From Candidatus Saccharimonadia bacterium (GTDB taxonomy: Bacteria > Patescibacteriota > Saccharimonadia > UBA4664): a stretch of DNA of 64,000 nucleotides. The notes under the pieces are model-generated. The model was not told the origin of the DNA and searched no databases. It saw nothing but the letters and a program-made list of their open reading frames with translations. The position numbers were made by a program, and so were the translations under genes. This document shows, one piece after another, positions 57,442 to 64,000 of the stretch; the stretch's first letter is position 1, and every line of letters begins with the position of its first letter. The stretch is taken from positions 10,027 to 74,026 of the forward strand of contig DATIIV010000020.1 of NCBI GenBank assembly GCA_035479295.1, given 5' to 3'.

Positions 57442-58092
57442 TCAGATCGAGATGGGTGCCGGCAACGCCAGGGTGGCTGAGGCCTTGCGCAGTAAGGCCC
57501 AAGCTGTGTGCTGCGGACTGATGTCAAGCTGCGCCAGGATGCCTCCGAGCACGTGGTGCGCAAAGCGCTGACACGCGCGCGGCGACGACCAGGCCTCCAC
57601 CAGCACGAGCCTGCTAGGCTGCTTGAGTACAATCCGCAAATCGGCATCTGCCACATTACTGCCGCAGAGACCGCTCTCGATCGCTTCGCTCATCAGTTCC
57701 CAGGTGTCATCCTCCTCGCCGGATGTTACTGCGATCTCGAGAAGGGACATGTGGCTGCTGGCTTGCAGTCGCTCAGAGTTGCCCGCCAGATGTAGGACGT
57801 GCGGCGTTGAGATGTCGGTTACGCGACAGGCCTCTGTGGCGGCCTGGGCCAGCAGCTGGGCTGTTTCCACTAGCCGATGGTCGGTGGCGTCACCGCCGTT
57901 GCGGGCCTCGAATACGCACAATCTCAGCGATCGGCCGGGCTTGAAGCCCGCCACGCTGGCGCGTGCGTCTTTGTCCACCGTTCCGGTGATGGCGGCAGCT
58001 AGTCCGCCTATTCCTTGCGGTATCTCCAGATCGACGACGCCACAGTCAGCAAACCGGAGCAGGAGGGCGCGATAACCCAAGTCGATTGTCAA
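57442..58092 (-). CDS. hypothetical protein with ABM (antibiotic-biosynthesis-monooxygenase)-like C-terminal domain
   Basis: LVLVEAWSSPRACQRFAHHV resembles the ABM domain C-terminal consensus. Confidence 0.35.
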   Translation of the reverse strand: MTIDLGYRALLLRFADCGVVDLEIPQGIGGLAAAITGTVDKDARASVAGFKPGRSLRLCVFEARNGGDATDHRLVETAQLLAQAATEACRVTDISTPHVLHLAGNSERLQASSHMSLLEIAVTSGEEDDTWELMSEAIESGLCGSNVADADLRIVLKQPSRLVLVEAWSSPRACQRFAHHVLGGILAQLDISPQHTAWALLRKASATLALPAPISI

Positions 58093-58206
58093 AACTACTC
58101 CTTTTTGTGGTTACTTGGCAGCAGTTTGTAAATAATGCCATAAGAAAGCAAAATAAGCAAGTATTCGTGAGTGGAGAAAGTATTTTCTGGCCCTGGAGCC
58201 TTCTCT

Positions 58207-58701
58207 CTAACGTGTCACCGCAATAGTAGCACCGGCCTCGGCCCGTGGGGCGGTGAGCTGCCATTGGCCGAACTCATTGCGAGCCACATGGTAGCCACTG
58301 TTGAATTGGCCGGCGCCGCCGATGGGGTCCTGAGGGATGGCCGCTAAGCTGTCGCCGGTACCGATGAGAAAACCTAGGTCGGCCAGCTTAGCCGTCTTGC
58401 AGACGGCGCCTTGGCTGGTGCAAATATCCAGGCCGTTGGGTGGCAGAGTAATGGGCAGCCGGCTGTGGCGGGTCATGTACTGATGAAGCGCCTCGCTCAA
58501 GACGGTGAGGTCGGCGGTGCGCTGGTGGTTGCGGCTGCTCGGCGTGTTGGGCGAGTGAACCGAGACGACGGGGGTCGCCAAACTATGGGCACCCAGGGTG
58601 CTCAAGGCAGCCACAATGGCCGCCGCGCCAAAGCCCACTCCGAGCCAGCGCCACTGCACCACGCGGCCGCGATAGATTGACGATTGGCGAGTGAACTTCA
58701 T
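58207..58701 (-). CDS. hypothetical membrane-anchored secreted protein, pilin-like (no prepilin cleavage motif)
   Basis: N-terminal TM, DLTVLSEALHQY pilin-alpha1-like segment, C-terminal Cys pair (CTSQGAVC). Confidence 0.35.
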   Translation of the reverse strand: MKFTRQSSIYRGRVVQWRWLGVGFGAAAIVAALSTLGAHSLATPVVSVHSPNTPSSRNHQRTADLTVLSEALHQYMTRHSRLPITLPPNGLDICTSQGAVCKTAKLADLGFLIGTGDSLAAIPQDPIGGAGQFNSGYHVARNEFGQWQLTAPRAEAGATIAVTR

Positions 58702-58760
58702 AGTCTCTTTGTATCATAAGCGTTATGGTCAGGGCTAGGCAAAAGCGCTAAACTGAGACC

Positions 58761-59738
58761 ATGAGCGGTACGCCTACGCCATCTCAACCTGAGCAGCACG
58801 ATCTGGTAATTATTGGTGCCGGGCCGGCCGGGCTGGCCGCCGCGCTCTACGCCGCCCGCGAGGACCTGCGGCCGCTGGTGCTCGAGAAGGCTGTGGTCGG
58901 CGGACTGGCTGCCATTACGGCCACCATCGAGAACTACCCCGGCTTTGAGAACGGCGTGGGCGGGCTCGAGCTAGCCGATCACCTACTGGCCCACGCCAAG
59001 CGGTTTGGCGCCGAGGTGCGCAGCGGTCCCGAGGTGGTGGGCCTGGCCCGTACGGCCGACGGCCTGCGTCTCACTCTGGCCAACGACCAGCCGCCGATTC
59101 TGGCGCAGGCCGTCCTCATCGCCACCGGCTCCACCTACCGCCACCTCGGCGCGCCCGGCGAGGCCGAGCTGATCGGCCGCGGCGTGCACTTTTGCGCCAC
59201 CTGTGACGGGCCGATCTACCGCGGCCGCGAGCTGGTAGTGGTGGGCGGCGGCAACTCGGCTCTGCAAGAGACGCTCTTCTTGGCTAAATTCGCTCGTCAC
59301 ATCACTATGCTGGTACGCGGACCCGAGCTTAAGGGCTCGGCTATTTTGCGGCACCAGGTGGCGCAGCTCACCAACGTTACCGTTGTGTCCCAGCTGAGCG
59401 TTACTAGCCTGGCCCGGGCTGAGCCAAACGGCCCTATTACCCTAGAAACCACCAAGACCGGCGGTGGCGCTGGGCCGCAATTTACCGCCGATGGCGCCTT
59501 TGTCTTTATCGGTCTCCTAGCCAATACCGCGCCCTTTGCTAAAACTCTGGAACTCGACGCCCGCGGCTTCATTGTTGCCACGCCCGATTATGCCACCAGT
59601 CTACGCGGCGTCTTTGTGGCCGGCGACGTGCGCTCCGGCTCCACCTGGCAGATCGCCAGCGCTGTGGGCGAGGGTGTCGCGGCAGCACTCAGCATTCGCA
59701 CCTATCTGGACGGCCAGCGCCACCAAACTGCCGCTTAA
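58761..59738 (+). CDS. trxB: thioredoxin-disulfide reductase
   Basis: FAD-binding LVIIGAGPAG, redox-active CATCDG, NADPH-binding VVGGGNSA. Confidence 0.9.
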   Translation: MSGTPTPSQPEQHDLVIIGAGPAGLAAALYAAREDLRPLVLEKAVVGGLAAITATIENYPGFENGVGGLELADHLLAHAKRFGAEVRSGPEVVGLARTADGLRLTLANDQPPILAQAVLIATGSTYRHLGAPGEAELIGRGVHFCATCDGPIYRGRELVVVGGGNSALQETLFLAKFARHITMLVRGPELKGSAILRHQVAQLTNVTVVSQLSVTSLARAEPNGPITLETTKTGGGAGPQFTADGAFVFIGLLANTAPFAKTLELDARGFIVATPDYATSLRGVFVAGDVRSGSTWQIASAVGEGVAAALSIRTYLDGQRHQTAA

Positions 59739-59818
59739 ATTACGCCAAGAGGTCCAGAGGCGTACCAAAAGCGACCCCCGGACGAAGCGTCCAGGGGTCA
59801 GCTAAGGTGGTGTGGGTC

Positions 59819-60343
59819 TCACAGTAGCGACGACATATCCTCTGGCGGAAAAGCCTCCACCAAGGCCTGAAGAGTTGGAAATACCCGGATCCCCAGGCAG
59901 TCCATCACCTGGCATTGGCGCTGCCATAACGGCTCACTGGCTCTCCATGCTGGGTATACGGGGCGTGGCGCTGCCGCCAAGAGGCGGGCTTGCTGGCTAC
60001 GAAAGCCGCGGGTTCCCAGAAGAACCCTGCCGCGACTGGCGGTGACTATCAAGAGGTTCAGATCTGGCCGGTCGTTGCCCAGGTTCGGCGTATAGCTGTG
60101 GTAGATGCCGCAGCTACAGTTGTAGTTAGGCGCGTCGCCGCAGGGATCGTCGGTTGCCAGGCAAACTGCTCGCATGGTGCCGCTACGCCAGGGTGTGCGG
60201 ATGCCGTGGAGAGCCCAGGTCGCCGGTTGGTCTCTGAGCCGCCTCACCTTCATGGCTCGGTAGCCGCGCAGAGCGGCGGGGACGAGCAGCGGCTGGGCGT
60301 TTGGGCCGACGCCCCAGATCGCCTGATCGTTGATGGCTACCAT
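59819..60343 (-). CDS. hypothetical Cys-containing protein
   Basis: 174-aa ORF, CGDAPNYNCSCG cluster; no family assigned. Confidence 0.35.
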   Translation of the reverse strand: MVAINDQAIWGVGPNAQPLLVPAALRGYRAMKVRRLRDQPATWALHGIRTPWRSGTMRAVCLATDDPCGDAPNYNCSCGIYHSYTPNLGNDRPDLNLLIVTASRGRVLLGTRGFRSQQARLLAAAPRPVYPAWRASEPLWQRQCQVMDCLGIRVFPTLQALVEAFPPEDMSSLL

Positions 60344-60597
60344 AAGGCGCTCCCAACCGGGACGGGCTCGGCGGCGGGCTCGGCCGGAGCCGGCTCGACG
60401 GCCGGCGTGATCTCGGGGCTCTCCGGCGGCTCAAACTCAAGCACGCGGCGGATAGGACCAGTGTCGCCCATCGGGTACTCCTTGGGTAAGCGAAGCAGTA
60501 CAAGGTGGAGAGTATTATGCCTACCTGAACGCTTTGTGTCAATTATTTATGGCTTAAACTGGAGAAATATCGCCTAATTCGCTATGATGGCAACGTT

Positions 60598-61983
60598 ATG
60601 AAACCACTTACCACTATTCAAACTATCAAAGCGACCGGCCAGACTGTAATTGTGCGCGGGTGGGTGCACACGGTGCGCGATATGGGCAAGATCACCTTTA
60701 TTGACCTGCGCGATCAGACCGGTTTGCTGCAGGTAGTAGTGCCGGGCGATTATGAATTGCCCAAGCTCGGCGTCGAATACGTGATCGAGGTAGAGGGCAA
60801 AGTCCGCGAGCGCGGTGAACGCTTCCGCAATCCCAAGCTGGCCACCGGTGAGGTGGAGCTGGGTGCCAGCCGCGTCACCGTGCTAAATGAGGCGGCCGAG
60901 CTGCCGTTTGAGGTCAAAAAAGACACGCGCGACATCAACGAGGAGCTGCGGCTGAAGCACCGCTACCTGGATCTGCGGAGCGAGCGGATGGCGGCTAATC
61001 TGCGATTGCGCTCGCGCATTACCAAGTTCATTCGCGACTATCTGCACGAGCAGGACTTTACCGAAGTGGAGACGCCACTGCTGACCAAAGGTACGCCCGA
61101 AGGTTCGCGCGAGTTCTTGGTACCGTCGCGGCTGCACGCCGAGGAGTTTTACGTCTTGCCGCAATCGCCGCAGCAGTTTAAGCAGCTGCTAATGGTGGGC
61201 GGCGTCGGCCGCTACTACCAAATTGCCCGCTGCCTGCGCGACGAGGACCAGCGCGGCGACCGCCAGCTCGAGTTCACCCAGGTGGACATGGAGCTCAGTT
61301 TTGTGGAGCAAGAAGACATTCTGGCCCTGAACGAAGCCCTGATGATTGCCTTGGTTAAGGAGTTATTCCCCGATAAGCACATCACCCAGACGCCGTTTCC
61401 CCGCCTTACGTACGCCGAGTCGATGGAGAAGTATGGCTCCGACAAGCCCGACTTGCGTCAGGATAAAGATGACCCTAACGAGCTCGCCTTCTGCTGGGTG
61501 ACCGATTTTCCGATGTTCGAGATTAATACCGAGAGCAGCAAGGTCGATGCGGTGCACCACCCGTTTACGGCGCCCAAGGCCGACGACACAGCATTGCTTG
61601 AGTCCAAGCCCATGGACGTGCGGGCCGATGCCTACGACATCGTGCTCAATGGCTACGAGGTGGGCGGCGGCTCTATTCGTATCCACGACGGCGCGCTGCA
61701 GCACCGAGTGTTTGAGCTGCTCGGCCTGGGCAAGCACGAGATCGAGGCTCGCTTTGGCCACATGCTAGAGGCTTTTCGCTACGGCGTGCCACCGCATGGC
61801 GGCATCGCCTACGGCCTCGACCGGCTAGTGATGATCCTGGCCAACGAGCCGAATATCCGCGAAGTGATCGCCTTCCCCAAGACGGGCGATGGCCGTGATC
61901 CGCTAACTGGCGCCCCGAACGTTCCGGCTGACTCGGCGCTGCATGAGGCCCATATTAAGACGGTGCCGCCCAAGAAGCGCTAG
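60598..61983 (+). CDS. aspS: aspartate--tRNA ligase, short archaeal/eukaryote-type (no GAD insertion domain)
   Basis: OB anticodon-binding N-terminus, FRNPKL, QIARCLRDEDQRGDRQLEFTQVDMELSF (motif 2), GYEVGGGSIRIHD, C-terminal AFPKT. 461 aa. Confidence 0.85.
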   Translation: MKPLTTIQTIKATGQTVIVRGWVHTVRDMGKITFIDLRDQTGLLQVVVPGDYELPKLGVEYVIEVEGKVRERGERFRNPKLATGEVELGASRVTVLNEAAELPFEVKKDTRDINEELRLKHRYLDLRSERMAANLRLRSRITKFIRDYLHEQDFTEVETPLLTKGTPEGSREFLVPSRLHAEEFYVLPQSPQQFKQLLMVGGVGRYYQIARCLRDEDQRGDRQLEFTQVDMELSFVEQEDILALNEALMIALVKELFPDKHITQTPFPRLTYAESMEKYGSDKPDLRQDKDDPNELAFCWVTDFPMFEINTESSKVDAVHHPFTAPKADDTALLESKPMDVRADAYDIVLNGYEVGGGSIRIHDGALQHRVFELLGLGKHEIEARFGHMLEAFRYGVPPHGGIAYGLDRLVMILANEPNIREVIAFPKTGDGRDPLTGAPNVPADSALHEAHIKTVPPKKR

Positions 61984-62025
61984 CGGTGCCGAGTTAAGTT
62001 ACTCTGAGTTTTGCACTATTTCGTG

Positions 62026-62505
62026 GCTTTATGAAGAATCGAAGAGGCCAAAGTTTGGTAGGGGATGCCCTCCTCAATGGCTTTTGCCCTTAAGCGGTAC
62101 AAGTCGCGTTCCGACAGGCGAATATTGATGTTCTTGGTTTTGTTGAGAGTATTTTTGGCATACTGCTGTAGAGCTTTTTTACGTTCGGCCACATCCGGCG
62201 CGCTCTGAAGCTGGCCGGCCTCAAAGTCGTCCAGGATCGTCTGCTCCTTGTATGTACTGTTTAGTTGCTTTTCGACTTGGAATAATGGTTTTTAAAAAGA
62301 CCTTGGCGTCGTCTTCGACGTAGGGGACTAAATAGGCGTAGCTGCGGCAGGCAATGACTAAAACTCGTTGACTCGGGTATCGATTCGCATTGGGGTGCGT
62401 AATGTCATTCAGGATGCCTCCTTCATCGATTGCTGTGAGGATGTCCTCGAAGCTAGTACTACGTTCCGTCTTTAGCTTGGAGTTTTTCGCCTCGTCCCAA
62501 TCGAA
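62026..62505 (-). pseudogene. BrnT (DUF497) toxin / BrnA (ribbon-helix-helix) antitoxin pair, apparently decayed: no canonical start codons
   Basis: Minus-strand translation gives ...YFDWDEAKNSKLKTERSTSFEDILTAIDEGG...VLVIACRSYAYLVPYVED...RKATKQ (BrnT-like). An overlapping frame gives ...KNINIRLSERDLYRLRAKAIEEGIPYQTLASSILHKATK* (BrnA-like). ~47% GC patch. Absent from the ORF track. Confidence 0.5.
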
Positions 62506-62869
62506 GTATTTAAAGCATAGGGCTTGCTCGTCATCATGAGACTCAAGAAGAGGCCATCGTGTATGTGCCGCTCTTTACGCGACCCGAGTGGAAAGGCACG
62601 CCACGTATGGCTTATCGAACAGTAGAAGATTTTAATAATACCTTTGAGTGGGCCGATGACCGAATGCCGTAAGAAGCGACCCTCCTGGCATAGGCATATC
62701 TTCCCAAAGTCTCACATAGAATATTCACTATATTCTATATAACAGCTCTAGCAGAAATATGACCGCTCTCAGCCAAAAGAAAAAGGGGTCGTGTGGTTGC
62801 AAGATAGCAACCACTCGACCCCGGCGGACGGGGAAAGAGAGGGCGGGCAGGGCGCCGCGAGCCTTGGGC

Positions 62870-63487
62870 TCAGCTCGTTGTGGCTGACGGCTCGTGGTCC
62901 AGGCGGACCAGCGCGGCACCGGCGGTCACGACGATGACGATACTAGCGACAGTGTAGCCGGCGGGTAACATCACGTTCAGGTTAAGCTGCATGACTAGGG
63001 TGACCAGGACTGCCTGGATGGCCTCGGCGACCGGGCCGCTGAACTCGGCGGCGGCCAGAGCGATCAGGGACGTTGCCGCGATGGTGGCGCCGACCTGCAA
63101 GGCACGGGCACTACTCAGGGCACTGATGATAAGCAGCTCGACGCGGTCGATCAGCTTGCTGGCGTAGCGCGACTTCAGGGTCGCCAGGGTGACTACGAAG
63201 GTCACGCCGGCGGATCCCGCTACTTCCAGCCCGAACGGCAGGCCGGTCGACAGGTACTCGACGCCGTAGCCCTGGGCTAACAGCACCAGGGCGGGACTAA
63301 CCGCACCGGCCAGGCTCACCGTGAAAGCGCCTAAGCGCCCATACATGGCCAGCACGACCACCCGTCGCCCGCAAAGTTCAGGGGCGACGATGGTGACCAG
63401 CAGCGCCAGCGTGAGCGTGGCGACCAGGACGGTGGGCAGACAGATCATCGGCAGCACAGTTCTCTCTTTTCTCAAGTCTCTGGGCAA
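62870..63487 (-). CDS. hypothetical polytopic membrane protein
   Basis: At least five hydrophobic helices. Confidence 0.45.
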   Translation of the reverse strand: MPRDLRKERTVLPMICLPTVLVATLTLALLVTIVAPELCGRRVVVLAMYGRLGAFTVSLAGAVSPALVLLAQGYGVEYLSTGLPFGLEVAGSAGVTFVVTLATLKSRYASKLIDRVELLIISALSSARALQVGATIAATSLIALAAAEFSGPVAEAIQAVLVTLVMQLNLNVMLPAGYTVASIVIVVTAGAALVRLDHEPSATTS

Positions 63488-63680
63488 GCGCAGGGCGGGC
63501 TTACCTCATATATACGATAGCATATTTTAGATAAAAACACAATAGATGCGACTGTCGCTGAGCCTCAATCGCGAAAAGTTATTTAGGGCGTGACAAGTTG
63601 CATCGTTTGTGTTACAGTTAATAAAATAATTTGCGCTGCCGGTGGACCTATGAGCCGGGGCGTTTTAATGTGGAATTCCT

Positions 63681-64000
63681 ATGCCCGAGACACTCACATC
63701 GACCGATCGTATCCGCAACGTCGCCATTATTGCTCACGTTGACCATGGCAAGACTACCCTAGTGGACGGCCTGCTCAAGCAGTCCAAGACCTTCCGCGAG
63801 AACCAGGCCGAGATGCAGCAGACCGCCATTCTCGACACTGGTGACCTGGAGCGCGAGCGTGGCATTACCATTAGCGCCAAGACGATTGCTGTTAACCATG
63901 ACGGCTACAAGATCAACATTATCGACACGCCGGGCCACGCCGACTTCTCGGGCGAGGTGGAGCGAACGCTCAATATGGCCGATGGCTGCCTGCTGATCGT
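63681..64000 (+). CDS. typA: translational GTPase TypA/BipA, 3' end runs off the window
   Basis: By-eye translation [35 protein letters not shown]...[14 protein letters not shown]...[16 protein letters not shown] is closer to BipA than to LepA or EF-G. Confidence 0.8.
   Translation, partial: MPETLTSTDRIRNVAIIAHVDHGKTTLVDGLLKQSKTFRENQAEMQQTAILDTGDLERERGITISAKTIAVNHDGYKINIIDTPGHADFSGEVERTLNMADGCLLI

Overview
High-GC (~60-65%) bacterial chromosomal window dominated by translation genes. A 5'-truncated ABC-F ATPase, an Mpl/MurC-like Mur ligase and a DUF296 protein sit upstream of a str-like unit fusA-tuf-rpsJ. This unit lacks rpsL/rpsG in the window; rpsJ ends in its own terminator. A ~4.2-kb insertion follows (membrane proteins plus rarA). 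After it comes an almost complete S10-spc-alpha cluster with its own consensus promoter: rplC-rplD-rplW-rplB-rpsS-rplV-rpsC-rplP-rpmC-rpsQ-rplN-rplX-rplE-rpsN(Z-type)-rpsH-rplF-rplR-rpsE-rplO-secY-infA-rpmJ-rpsM-rpsK-rpsD-rpoA-rplQ-rplM-rpsI. It has no rpmD, adk or map. Downstream are a K+ channel, rluD, holB and a tRNA cluster (Thr-TGT, Tyr-GTA, Thr-GGT, rpmG, Trp-CCA) interrupted by lower-GC accessory genes (SDR, HIT-like phosphorylase, membrane proteins, PspC). A three-gene two-component phosphorelay flanks an exopolysaccharide-like locus (two GT2 cellulose-synthase-like genes, GH16, truncated UDP-sugar dehydrogenase, orphan receiver). The window also holds decayed genes (tag pseudogene, BrnT/BrnA toxin-antitoxin remnant), trxB, corA, a short archaeal-type aspS and the start of typA/bipA. 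Two unannotated genes were found by eye: rpmJ and rpmG. A tandem pair of paralogous Gly/Asn/His-rich micro-ORFs between an EEP nuclease gene and the K+ channel gene is the most unusual coding signal. No CRISPR array, IS element or rRNA was seen.
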